A stretch of DNA of 64,000 nt from an uncultured Thermoleophilia bacterium (GTDB lineage Bacteria > Actinomycetota > Thermoleophilia > UBA2241): NCBI GenBank assembly GCA_963702475.1, contig CAVPCT010000003.1, forward strand, positions 832,001 through 896,000, given 5' to 3'. Made by a program: the position numbers and the translations under genes. Positions 42,203 through 52,039 of this stretch are shown here, one piece after another; position 1 is the stretch's first letter, and each line of letters begins with the position of its first letter. Below the pieces are notes generated by a model. That model was not told where the DNA came from. It worked only from the letters and a program-made list of their open reading frames with translations, and ran no database searches.

Positions 42203-42751
42203 CGCTTGCCTCCGGGGCGCCCCGACACCAGTGAGGCTGACAGACACCCGGAGGAGCTGGCTTCGGATCAGCCACGTGAAGCGGCTCACGGTCACCCCGC
42301 CCGCGCCGACTCCCACTTCTCAAGGCGCCGTGCGATGTTGCACGTCGGCTTCGCGGCGGCACTCGTCAAGAACGGCCTGCACAGAGCGCTGAGATGAAGG
42401 TCGGCGGCCCGCCGGCGCATGGCCCAAGGTTCCTTCAGGGCGGCGTCCTGTGTGACAGTGGCTGAGGTGTTCTCAAGACGTTTGACAGCTCGCACGTCTG
42501 CGCGTCGTCGGCCGCACCGAGAAGCTGCTGCACATCGCGGTGTGTTTGGCGGGTAACACGTCACCTGTACCTGTGCCGGTCCTCAGTCGGCTCGGGCAGG
42601 CGGGCAGACGGCCTTCTCGTCGCGCTCGCTGAGCGCTGTCACGATTGCGAAGGCTTCGCCGCAGACGTTGCACGTGAACGCGGACCTGGGCGCGGTCGCG
42701 CGCTACCAGGCCTGCGCTGGCGCACCTGTGCCCCGCCGCCACGCTCTACGG

Positions 42752-42916
42752 TCAGTACTTGGCGGGCGGCGGCGATGAGAACTCCGCGGTGTACCTCTGC
42801 TCGACCTCGTGGCTGCCGCACTTGGGGCACACCGCCTTCGCGTCGCGCTCCTCCATGTGGCACTTCACCGCGAACTTGCGCTTGCACTGCTTGCACCTGA
42901 ACTCGTAGACGGCCAT
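42752..42916 (-). CDS. FmdB-family zinc-ribbon protein (54 aa, below ORF-track cutoff)
   Basis: MAVYEFRCKQC..F...CPKCGS; GGAGGTG RBS. Confidence 0.85.
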   Translation of the reverse strand: MAVYEFRCKQCKRKFAVKCHMEERDAKAVCPKCGSHEVEQRYTAEFSSPPPAKY

Positions 42917-43090
42917 CACCGTCACCTCCTACCCTCGCTCGCTGTAGCCTGCGCCCATGGCCTACCCAGAGCGCCGACCTCCCTATCCCAGAGTCGCCTC
43001 AGCCGAGGGCCAGCCCTGCGGGCACTGCTTGCCGGTCTGCGACGCCGGTGCCTGCTCCTCGAGCAGCACGGCCCATTCGCGCCAGGTCGG

Positions 43091-43327
43091 CTACTTCTTC
43101 GTCAGGTAGACGACCCCGCCGATCGTCTTGACCTCGACTTGGTCGGCGACGCCGAGGTTCTTCACGGCGTTGCGAAGACTGGTGGCACCATTTCTCGGGG
43201 CGTTCTCGATCTCTGCGTGCGCGTCCTTGCCCTTGAGGAACTCCTGCACGAGAAGCGTGTACTCGCTCGTCCTATGCCTTTGCGGCAGTTCTGCGACGGG
43301 CTTCAACTTCAGCTTCGGCTTCGCCAT
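43091..43327 (-). CDS. Small basic hypothetical protein
   Basis: AAGGAG RBS, strong codon bias; MAKPKLKLK...GGVVYLTKK. Confidence 0.7.
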   Translation of the reverse strand: MAKPKLKLKPVAELPQRHRTSEYTLLVQEFLKGKDAHAEIENAPRNGATSLRNAVKNLGVADQVEVKTIGGVVYLTKK

Positions 43328-43761
43328 CTTCCGACTCTCCTTCACCTGCGGTGGGAGCAGACACGAACGAAGCTTCCCATAGCCACCGGGTCAGACGCCA
43401 TGACGGTGATGCGTTTGACGTGACGCAAGACTCGCGAGCCCGCAGTCCCAAGCTTGACCTGACCCCGCTCCTTGGTCCACTTCCTGTGAGAGCGCGAGAG
43501 CTGGTCAGCGTGTGGGTACTCGGAGGGCGTTGCCCTTGCGCGCGAACTCAGTGGTGGCGCCCGCGGTCAGTGTGAGAAGTCCAGTCGGTCGCGTCGGCAT
43601 GTCGGCACGCCCTGCGGCGCACTGAGGACGCCTGACACGATCTTCAGTCGACCCTGACCGTGCCTGCCGTACCCCTCCAGCCTCCACACAGCCCCATGCA
43701 GCGTCACCATCTCCACTGTTTCTGACGGGCCTGTTGGCACGGCCCGAGGGCGCCTGCGCCG

Positions 43762-43786
43762 CAGGTTATGCCCAACACGTTGGCTG
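43762..43786 (+). repeat. attC-like 3' half (L' and R' boxes)
   Basis: CAGGTTATGC...GTTGGCTG, 16 bp upstream of ATG. Confidence 0.65.
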
Positions 43787-43802
43787 GACGGGGGGCCGTG
43801 CC

Positions 43803-44345
43803 ATGCGTAAGGGAGGACTCCAGTTCGCTTTGGTGCTGCTGGCACTACTTGTCGCTGCCGCGTCCGGTTGCGGGGGTGGAGCAACGGGCAGCTCGGCATC
43901 CGGCTCGCCTGCAACCGCGAGCGTCTCTCCCCGCGCCACTGTGACCAGCGAGGCGGACGCTCTGACCTCTGCCCTCTACAACTTCACCTTCATGACCAGT
44001 ACGTACGAGCCCAAAGGCGATGTCGTCGCAGAGGGGACGCCACGAGTCTTCGCCGCCGCCGTTGACAAGGTCGACGTCGACCGACGTGAGATCACCTTCG
44101 ACGTCGTCAAGCTCGAGGATGCCGACCGAGAAGCCGGCGGCATTGTCGACAACGCCATCGTCTACCGCAACGACGTCCGTCATCGTCAGACCCTGCGGCT
44201 CGCTTCGGGCGTGCTGCCCATCTACCCGCGAGCAGGTGGCGTCTGGACGCTCGAACGCTTCGCGAAGACCGTCCCCCGCGCGGCGTGTTGGATGGCCGTG
44301 GAGCGCGGGAGAATCCGCATGCTCGTGCCGTTCGGGAATCCCTGA
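43803..44345 (+). CDS. Putative lipoprotein in a gene-cassette-like unit
   Basis: Signal peptide with ASGC lipobox; Ser/Ala linker. Confidence 0.7.
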   Translation: MRKGGLQFALVLLALLVAAASGCGGGATGSSASGSPATASVSPRATVTSEADALTSALYNFTFMTSTYEPKGDVVAEGTPRVFAAAVDKVDVDRREITFDVVKLEDADREAGGIVDNAIVYRNDVRHRQTLRLASGVLPIYPRAGGVWTLERFAKTVPRAACWMAVERGRIRMLVPFGNP

Positions 44346-44372
44346 GGCCGGGTCCGAGGGCGCTGATCCGCG

Positions 44373-44399
44373 CAGCCAACAGCGCATCAACCTGTCGCG
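44373..44399 (+). repeat. attC-like 5' half (R'' and L'' boxes)
   Basis: CAGCCAAC-AGC-GCATCAACCTG; complementary to 43762-43786 with one extra C. Confidence 0.65.
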
Positions 44400-44414
44400 A
44401 CCAACGGCTTCTGC

Positions 44415-44526
44415 TCTGTGCTGCCTCTACACTGACCTCGCCAATCCGACGTCGAACAAGATCTACCAGGCGATCGGTTATCGCCCGGTGTGCGATGCGG
44501 CGGAGTATCACCTTGGGGCCGGCTAA
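44415..44526 (+). pseudogene. GNAT acetyltransferase C-terminal fragment
   Basis: CLYTDLANPTSNKIYQAIGY; stop lies inside GGCTAAC. Confidence 0.8.
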
Positions 44527-44592
44527 CAAGCGGATCTTGGTGCGTCAGCCCGAACCGACTCTGTTCACACACCCGTAAGGAGATCTTCCACA

Positions 44593-45339
44593 GTGGACAT
44601 CCCGCGGATCTTCACCATCACCGAGAGCGCCCACCGCATCCACGATCCGATCACACCCGAGAAGCTCGCCACGCTCGGCGCGGCGCTGCGTCTCGAATCG
44701 GGAACCCGGGTGCTCGACCTCGGCAGCGGTTCGGGGGAGATGCTGTGCACCTGGGCGCGCGATCACGGCGTCAGCGGCACCGGCATCGACATGAGCCGGT
44801 CGTTCACCGAGCAGGCGAGACGCCGTGCTGAAGAGCTCGGCGTCGCCGATCGAGTCAAGTTCATCCACGGCGATGCCGCCGGCTACGTCTCTGACGAGAA
44901 GGCCGGCGTGGCGGCCTGTCTCGGTGCCACGTGGATCGGCGGGGGAGTCGCCGGCACCATCGAGCTCCTGGCGCGCAGCCTGCGCACCGGAGGGATCGTC
45001 CTCATCGGCGAGCCCTACTGGCGGCAGGTGCCGCCGACGGAAGACGTCGCCAAGGGGTGTCTTGCCGGCTCGATCTCCGACTTCCTCCTGCTTCCGGAGC
45101 TTCTCGCGTCGTTCGGCCACCTTGGCTACGACGTCGTCGAGATGGTCCTGGCCGACCAGGACGGCTGGGACAGATACGAGGCGGCCAAATGGCTCACCAT
45201 GCGCCGCTGGCTCGAAGCCAATCCCGACGACGAACTCGCGGAAGCCGTTCGAGCCCAACTGACCGCGGAACCCGAGCGCTACGCCGCGTACACGCGTGCA
45301 TACCTGGGCTGGGGTGTGTTCGCGCTGATGCCGCGGTGA
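44593..45339 (+). CDS. Class I SAM-dependent methyltransferase (YjhP-like)
   Basis: MDIPRIFTITES.HRIH, VLDLGSGSGE, GEPYWR, YLGWGVF. Confidence 0.9.
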   Translation: MDIPRIFTITESAHRIHDPITPEKLATLGAALRLESGTRVLDLGSGSGEMLCTWARDHGVSGTGIDMSRSFTEQARRRAEELGVADRVKFIHGDAAGYVSDEKAGVAACLGATWIGGGVAGTIELLARSLRTGGIVLIGEPYWRQVPPTEDVAKGCLAGSISDFLLLPELLASFGHLGYDVVEMVLADQDGWDRYEAAKWLTMRRWLEANPDDELAEAVRAQLTAEPERYAAYTRAYLGWGVFALMPR

Positions 45340-45479
45340 TGCGGTGGCGCATCAGGCGGATCGTCAACGGCTGTGCCGCGCAACAGCTGGTGGCTCGCCG
45401 AGATGTGATTGCGCCTGAATCCATTTCTTATGGTCTAGTCATCCGTCCTGAGTCCAAGTACGAAGTGCAACACCGGCGC

Positions 45480-45700
45480 CGCTGACGCCGGCCCCCACCC
45501 CTCCGCCAGTACTAGCCCGGCGATGCACTCCGCCGCCTCCTCCTGCAGCACCAGAGTGGCGTGCGTGTGACGCAGGTCGTGCAAGCGGATTCCCGGCAGC
45601 CGTGAACGCTTCACCGCCGCGCGGAAGAAGCGGCTCACGACCTCCGGATGCCAGGCTTCGCCGTCCTCCTTGGTGAACACGAGGCCGGTGTCGATCCCTG
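45480..45700 (-). pseudogene. Second tyrosine integrase C-terminal fragment, internally deleted
   Basis: VFTKEDGEAWHPEVVSRFFRAAVKRSRLP.IRLHDLRHTHATL nearly identical to 3951-4250; LGH...Y segment missing. Confidence 0.88.
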
Positions 45701-45942
45701 CGCCTCGGGTGCGCCCGCGAGGTGCTGATATGGCCGCAGAACGCTGGACAGCCGGGGGGAGGTGCTACGCTGACCCTCGGAGGAGGGGCAGCACGGACGG
45801 GAGTCCGGCCTTGACCGCCGCGTCCTTCTCGTGGAGGCGGATCAGGTGGTTCGCTGCAGCGCCGGCGGCCCTACGGGCAGGCGTCGCGCTCGCAGCACGT
45901 CGCGGTGCGCCGCCCGAATAGACGGAGGAACGGAGCGAGGAC

Positions 45943-46704
45943 ATGCGTGACTTGAGCTTCTACCGGCAGGTGGATCATCTGCAGAAGGACTGTCGCGGCC
46001 GAGCTCTCAGTCTTCCTGTGTTCTACTACGACGTCACCGCCGTCATGGCAGGATTCTTGACTCCGCTCGAAAAGGTACAAGCCTTGCTGCCATCACCGCG
46101 CATGAAGCCACTACGGGCGACTCCCTGGCACGCCGTGACCATGATCTCCTGCTTCGAGTACCGCGACAGCGATGCAGGTCCTTATAACGAGGTAGCCATC
46201 GCGTTCCCGTTCACCCTGGACAAGTCAGCGCCGGTACTGACCGGCCTCCTCGGCGAGATCAAGCGAGGGCCACTTTCATATGTGTACAAGTTGCCGGTGA
46301 CCACCGAGTCCGCGTATCAATTTGGCGTGGACTTCTACAACTACCCCAAGTTCATGGCGAGCATCGACTTCACCCGCAAGAGCGACTGGATTCGGTGCCG
46401 GCTGGCGGAGGGCGATCGACACATCCTCACCCTGTCCGCTCGACAGCTCGCCGTGCACCCCTCTCCTCGCTGGCGCTTCCATGGGATCACGACTCGTGAC
46501 GACCTCATCCTTCGCAGCGAGGTCATCGTGAATGTCCGCAACCAGGCCTTCTCGAGAAACCCTGGCCACGTCAGGCTGGAGCTAGGCGATCATGAACTCG
46601 GCAAGGAACTACGCCAGTTGGATCTGGGTCGCATGGTCCACTATCAGTACCTACCGGAATGCCAGACCATCCTGAGCGGAGTCGTCGAAAGCTACGACAT
46701 GTGA
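45943..46704 (+). CDS. Acetoacetate decarboxylase family protein
   Basis: EYRDSD.GPYNEV, LPVTTE, YNYPK. Confidence 0.8.
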   Translation: MRDLSFYRQVDHLQKDCRGRALSLPVFYYDVTAVMAGFLTPLEKVQALLPSPRMKPLRATPWHAVTMISCFEYRDSDAGPYNEVAIAFPFTLDKSAPVLTGLLGEIKRGPLSYVYKLPVTTESAYQFGVDFYNYPKFMASIDFTRKSDWIRCRLAEGDRHILTLSARQLAVHPSPRWRFHGITTRDDLILRSEVIVNVRNQAFSRNPGHVRLELGDHELGKELRQLDLGRMVHYQYLPECQTILSGVVESYDM

Positions 46705-46780
46705 ACAGCCGGAATACGCCGATGCTGCAGTCCAGGAGTCGTCGAACCTTGGCAGGCCCCGGTCTTCACCACGCGCGACA

Positions 46781-46817
46781 GAGGGGGCGGGAGGCGCCAT
46801 CGGCCTCCCGCCCCCTC
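46781..46817. terminator. Hairpin between convergent genes
   Basis: GAGGGGGCGGGAGGC-GCCATCG-GCCTCCCGCCCCCTC. Confidence 0.7.
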
Positions 46818-46858
46818 CTCGTCGTTCGGCGCCCCGGGATACCCGGGACGACTCCCGT

Positions 46859-49186
46859 CTACTCGATCACAGTGGTGCGCGCGTTCTCGCGACGGTAGGC
46901 GGGCTGAAGCTGCGGCCGGAAGGCAGGCGCGGGGACGCCGCCGGGCCGGCGCGTGGAGGGCGCGTGCCCCTCGACGCTCACGTTCGGCAGCCACTGGAGC
47001 CAGCGCGGCAGGTACCAGTTCCAGTCGCCGAGCAGTTCCATACCCGCCGGCACGATGATCGTCCTCACCACGGTGGCGTCGAGGAAGATCGCGACGGCGA
47101 GACCGAACCCCATCTGCTGGAACATGACCAGCTCGCCGGTGGCCATGCCGCCGAAGACGCAGACCATGATGGCAGCGGCGCCGGTGATGATGCCGGCGGT
47201 GCGGCCGATGCCGTGAGCCACGGCCTCGCGCGTGTCGCCGGTCTCGTCGAAGCGTTCCTTGATGCGGCTCAGGAGGAAGACCTGGTAGTCCATCGAGAGG
47301 CCGAAGAGCAGGCTGAAGAGGAAGAGCGGCACCCAAGCTTCGATGGTGTCGACCTGGGTGAAGCCGAGGAGGTCGGCGCCGACGCCCATCTGGAAGACGA
47401 GCACCAGCAGCCCGTAGGCGGCGGCCACGCTGAGCAGGTTCATGAGGATGGCCTTGGCCGCGATCACGAGCGAGCGGAAGGCGACGAGCAGGAGCACGAA
47501 GCTGAGGCTCAGGACGACGGCCAGCGCGATCGGCAGCCAGGTGTCGAAGAAGCCCAGGTAGTCGACGACGCCGGCCGTGGTGCCGGCGACGTACACGTGG
47601 GCGGTGGTGGCGCCGAAGGCCGTCGGTACGACGCGCTCACGCAGGTTCTTGACGACGTCCTGCGTGGCCGCGCCGGCGGGGTCGCCGGCCAGCGGCGCCG
47701 AGAGCACGGTGAGGTCGCCGGCCTCGCTGACGGCGACCTGCGCGGGCCCGAAGCGGCCGTCGTCCGCGAGTGCGGTCTGGAGGCGGGCGACGCCGTCCTT
47801 GACGGCGACCGCGTCCGCCGGTCCGTCGACGACGACCTGCACGGGGTTCGCCGTGCCGAGCGAGAAGTCGCGGTCGAGGATGTCCCAGCCCTGCTTCGCG
47901 TACTGGTCGTCGGGGTAGCCGGTCGCGCTCATGCCGGTGCTGCCGGTCTGCATGAAGAAGATGGGCGAGGCGGCCAGGAGGAGCAGGGCCACGGCGCCGG
48001 CGAGCCAGATCACGGGCCGCCGCATGATGCTGTGGGAGAGGCGCTCCCAGACGCCCTCGCGGCCGTGGGCGCGGCGCGCGGCGAGGCGCCCGACGAAGGG
48101 CAGGCGCAGGGCGTTCACGCGGTCGCCGAGCAGGCCCATCACGGCGGGCAGCAGGGTGAGCGCGGTGAGCAGCGTGGTCGCGACGACGAGCATCGCGCCG
48201 ACGCCCATGCTGATCGTTATGTCGACCGGCACCACGACCATGCCGAGCATGGCGAGCACGACGGTCAGGCCGCTGAAGAAGATGGCGCGGTTGGCGGTGG
48301 CGCCGGTGGCGGCGATGGCGTCGATCTTCTCGAGGCCGCGGGCGCGCTCCTCGCGGTAGCGGCTGATGATGAACAGCGTGTAGTCGATGCCGACCGCGAG
48401 ACCCATCGTGGTGAGGATGTTCAGCATGAAGACGTTCATGGGGTAGAGCTGCCCGATGAGACCGGCGAGGACCAGCGCCAGGAGGATGCTGATGATGCTG
48501 AGCACCAGCGGCATGAACGCGGCCAGCACGGCGCCGAACACTACGAGCAGGACGACGAGCGCGACCGGCACGCCGAAGACCTCGGCTCGCTCCATGTCGC
48601 TCTTGGCCAGCTCGTTGCCCATGCGGTTCAGGCTGGCCGCGCCCGTCTGGGCGAGGGTGAAGCCGTCGCCGCCGCTCCGGCCGACCAGGCTATGCAGCGA
48701 CGCGACGTTCTCGAGGGCGTCGTCCGTGTCGCCCGCCATCACGACGGCGATGAGAGTCGAACGCTTGTCCTGCGACACCATCGTCGGATCGCCGGTCCGG
48801 TAGTAGGTCGCGGCGCCCTCGACGACCGCGGGGCCGAGGTCCTGGATCTTGCCGGCGAGGCCCGTCACGTACGCCTCGTAGACCGGGTCGTCGACGGTCC
48901 GGGCGGCGGACTGGACGATGACGAAGTCCGTCATCCTCTGCGCGCCGGTCATGCGCTCCTCGATGAGCTGCTGCGCGATGGCGCTGTCCGGCTGCGTGCC
49001 GTGCTGCTTCGACGTTGACGTGAGCCCGCTGCCGAGCAGGGGGCCCATGCTGAGGACGGCGATCACGATGACGGCCAGCCAGATCCCGATGGTGCGCCAC
49101 GGATGGGTGGCGCAGCTGCGCGCGAGGCGCTCGGTGAATCCGCTGGTCCCGGACGTGCTGTGCGTGTCCCACCTACGCTGCGACAT
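46859..49186 (-). CDS. MMPL/RND family transporter
   Basis: GLAVGIDY...RYREE, FGLSMDY.VFL.SRI.E, DATVVR..IVPA, WNW.LP. Confidence 0.92.
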   Translation of the reverse strand: MSQRRWDTHSTSGTSGFTERLARSCATHPWRTIGIWLAVIVIAVLSMGPLLGSGLTSTSKQHGTQPDSAIAQQLIEERMTGAQRMTDFVIVQSAARTVDDPVYEAYVTGLAGKIQDLGPAVVEGAATYYRTGDPTMVSQDKRSTLIAVVMAGDTDDALENVASLHSLVGRSGGDGFTLAQTGAASLNRMGNELAKSDMERAEVFGVPVALVVLLVVFGAVLAAFMPLVLSIISILLALVLAGLIGQLYPMNVFMLNILTTMGLAVGIDYTLFIISRYREERARGLEKIDAIAATGATANRAIFFSGLTVVLAMLGMVVVPVDITISMGVGAMLVVATTLLTALTLLPAVMGLLGDRVNALRLPFVGRLAARRAHGREGVWERLSHSIMRRPVIWLAGAVALLLLAASPIFFMQTGSTGMSATGYPDDQYAKQGWDILDRDFSLGTANPVQVVVDGPADAVAVKDGVARLQTALADDGRFGPAQVAVSEAGDLTVLSAPLAGDPAGAATQDVVKNLRERVVPTAFGATTAHVYVAGTTAGVVDYLGFFDTWLPIALAVVLSLSFVLLLVAFRSLVIAAKAILMNLLSVAAAYGLLVLVFQMGVGADLLGFTQVDTIEAWVPLFLFSLLFGLSMDYQVFLLSRIKERFDETGDTREAVAHGIGRTAGIITGAAAIMVCVFGGMATGELVMFQQMGFGLAVAIFLDATVVRTIIVPAGMELLGDWNWYLPRWLQWLPNVSVEGHAPSTRRPGGVPAPAFRPQLQPAYRRENARTTVIE

Positions 49187-49399
49187 GACCACTCCTCCTG
49201 CGGTATGAGCGGATTCCTTCGTATTGGGCGGTCGCCCAGCGCATGCCGACGTCGCCGGCGTCGGGCTGCGCGGGGTGAGGGTGCAGCGCGCAGGCGTGAC
49301 CGACGAGCACGGCACGATCCACGGGACCGCCGCGACGCACGGGTCCCGGTGAATGGACCGTGCTGGCCCACGAGCTGAAGAGAACGGCGCTGGACTCGT

Positions 49400-49780
49400 T
49401 CATGACAGACGCCCTGTGGCCTCACCAGCAGCCTTCGTGCAGGGCTGCAGGACGCCGACGACGACGTCGGGTGGATCCACTTTGCTGACGAACCCGTCGG
49501 CGCCGGCCGCCAGGGCGGCCGGACGCATCTGCGGGCGCAGCCCGATGACGACGATGCGCAGACCCGGCGAACAGGCGCGCAGGCCCGCCAGCACGGATGT
49601 GGACCGGGCCAGCAGGTCCCAGTCCACGATCACGAGGTCCGGGCGGTGGGCCAGCACCTGGCGTTGCAGCGTCTGCAGCGTGCCGGCTTCGTCGACCACC
49701 TGCATGCCGAGGCCCTGCGTCACCAGGATGCGAAGAGCATCCCGGACCGCGGGCTGGCCGTCGGCCAGGACCGTGCGCAT
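49400..49780 (-). CDS. Stand-alone response regulator receiver domain
   Basis: TVLADGQ, PDLVIVD, GADGFVSK. Confidence 0.75.
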   Translation of the reverse strand: MRTVLADGQPAVRDALRILVTQGLGMQVVDEAGTLQTLQRQVLAHRPDLVIVDWDLLARSTSVLAGLRACSPGLRIVVIGLRPQMRPAALAAGADGFVSKVDPPDVVVGVLQPCTKAAGEATGRLS

Positions 49781-50000
49781 GCTCCCAGGCTGTTCTCCAG
49801 TTGCTCCCATCGCAGCTACAGCCTAGGCTTGGGACCCTCTCGCGCGCGCCCGCCACGCGGCGAGACTTGTGCCTGACAGACTGGCGAGTCCGTGGCCTGG
49901 CCAGGTGGCGAGGTAGACCACCGGTGCCCGACCTGCAGCATCGCCTTTCTCGTGGCCGTGATTGCGGCTATCCTGCCTACGGGAAGTGAGGGGAGGCACG

Positions 50001-50639
50001 ATGGGTGACGGCCGTGCCATCAAGGTCATGATCGTCGATGACCACGCAGTCGTGCGCAGCGGGCTCTCTACGTTCCTGCTGGCGTTCGACGACCTCGAGC
50101 ACGTGGGCGACGCCACCGGGGGCGCGGAAGCTGTCAGCAAGTGCATGTCTTTGCATCCCGATGTGGTGCTCATGGACCTCGTCATGCCCGAGGTGGACGG
50201 CGCAGAGGCGACCCGCCGCATCAAGGCGGCCTGCCCCGAGGTCCAGGTGATCGCCCTCACCAGCTACAAGGAGGACGACCTGGTTCAGGGCGCGCTCAAG
50301 GCCGGAGCCCTCAGCTACCTTCTCAAGAACGTCACGGCCGACGAGCTCGCCGACGCGATCCGCAAGGCGCACGCCGGCCGCCCTACGCTCGCGCCGGAGG
50401 CGGCTCAGGTGCTCATCAAGGCGGCGACCGAGCCGGCGCAGGAGGAGGGCCTCACGTTGCGGGAGCTGGAGATCCTCAAGCTCATGGTGCACGGAGACAC
50501 CAACCCCGACATAGCCGCGAAGCTCTTCGTCAGCCGGTCCACCGTCAAGTTCCACGTCAGCAACATCCTGATGAAGCTGGGCACTGCGACTCGTACCGAG
50601 GCGGTCGCCGTGGCCGTGCAGCGTAGGCTCGTGGAATGA
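50001..50639 (+). CDS. NarL/LuxR family response regulator
   Basis: IVDDH, PDVVLMD, YLLK, LT.RE.EIL, TVK.HVSNI. Confidence 0.93.
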   Translation: MGDGRAIKVMIVDDHAVVRSGLSTFLLAFDDLEHVGDATGGAEAVSKCMSLHPDVVLMDLVMPEVDGAEATRRIKAACPEVQVIALTSYKEDDLVQGALKAGALSYLLKNVTADELADAIRKAHAGRPTLAPEAAQVLIKAATEPAQEEGLTLRELEILKLMVHGDTNPDIAAKLFVSRSTVKFHVSNILMKLGTATRTEAVAVAVQRRLVE

Positions 50640-52018
50640 TGGCGGTCCGGCTCCCTGGTCGCAGCACGGGGCGACGCACCGCTCGTGGGTCGGACCTGCT
50701 CATCGTCCTTCTCTTCGCCTTGTCGGCGGCTGCGCTGAGCCTCAGCGCGTGCTCCGGAGGCGATGACTCGACGTCCTCCTCCGGCCAGGGGCGGGTCCAG
50801 CTCGTCTACCAGGACTGGCGCACCGAGTGGTTCCCCCCAATGGCGCAGCGGGAGCTCCAGTTGTTCCAGGCACAGCATCCCGACCTCAGCGTGTTCTACA
50901 CACCCGACCCGGAGGACCTCATCGAGCAGATGCCGATCGACATGCAGGCCGGCAACGCACCCGACGTGTTCCAGGCATGCTGCGGCTTCTTCCCCGCCTG
51001 GGCGCAGATGGGCTACGTGCTCGACCTGAGGGAGTACGTCGAGACCGACCTCGACAAGTCGATCGTGGCCGACTGGGACCCCGCGCAGTACAGGGCCATG
51101 TTCGACGCCAGCGGCCGTCAGTTCGGCGTGCCCAAGTACCAGGGCACGCTGGCGCTCTACTACAACAAGGACCTCTTCGACAAGTACAAGGTCCCCTATC
51201 CCGACGACTCCTGGGATCAGGACGACTACCTCGCGGCCATGAAGAAGCTGACCCGCGACAGCGACGGTGACGGCAGGACCGATATCTGGGGCAGCATGAT
51301 CGACATCGGCTGGGACCGCTTGCAGGTACACATCAATGCCTGGGGGGGTCACATCGTGGACCCCACCGACCCGACGAAGTGTGACCTCGACGACCCGCAG
51401 GCCCTGTCGGCCCTCGAGTGGGTGCGGGCCCGGATGTGGGACGACAAGGTCATGGCGACCTTCACCGACGTCAACAACGTGGGGACGGCGGCGGCGTTCT
51501 CCGCAGGCAAGCTCGCGATGGTCGAGGACGGCTCCTGGGCCCTCAAGAGCATCCTCGAGAACGCACCGTTCCGCATCGGGGTGGCGCCGATCCCCGCGGG
51601 GCCGGCGGGGCGGGTCACGCTCAGCACGACCGACGGCTTCGGCATCTACTCGGGTACGCGTCACCCACAGGAGGCGTGGGAGCTCGTCAAGTTCCTCGTG
51701 AGCAGGGAGTACGCGCTGGCCATGGCCGAGGCGAACCTCCTGCAGCCGGCTCGTTTGTCACTGGTGGCCGACTGGGAGCGGCTCGTCAAGCAGCAGTATC
51801 CGCAGAAGGCTCAAGGAATGGACCTCGACGTGTTCGCCGCCCCGCACCGCGACGGATACTCGGTCGTCCAGGAGACGTTCCCGCAGAACATGGAGGAGGC
51901 GACGCGCCTAATCGACGACGCCTTCGCGAAGATCTTCACCCTCGGTCAAGAGAGCGTCGACATCCTGCGCGGCGTAAGCCGGCAGATCGAGGCGGCTCAG
52001 TCGAACGCCACCAGCTAG
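50636..52018 (+). CDS. Sugar-type solute-binding lipoprotein
   Basis: LSAC lipobox, APDVF, LYYNKDLF, F.AGK.AM..DGSW. Confidence 0.88.
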   Translation: MMAVRLPGRSTGRRTARGSDLLIVLLFALSAAALSLSACSGGDDSTSSSGQGRVQLVYQDWRTEWFPPMAQRELQLFQAQHPDLSVFYTPDPEDLIEQMPIDMQAGNAPDVFQACCGFFPAWAQMGYVLDLREYVETDLDKSIVADWDPAQYRAMFDASGRQFGVPKYQGTLALYYNKDLFDKYKVPYPDDSWDQDDYLAAMKKLTRDSDGDGRTDIWGSMIDIGWDRLQVHINAWGGHIVDPTDPTKCDLDDPQALSALEWVRARMWDDKVMATFTDVNNVGTAAAFSAGKLAMVEDGSWALKSILENAPFRIGVAPIPAGPAGRVTLSTTDGFGIYSGTRHPQEAWELVKFLVSREYALAMAEANLLQPARLSLVADWERLVKQQYPQKAQGMDLDVFAAPHRDGYSVVQETFPQNMEEATRLIDDAFAKIFTLGQESVDILRGVSRQIEAAQSNATS

Positions 52019-52039
52019 AGACCGGTCCGGGTCGCGGCG

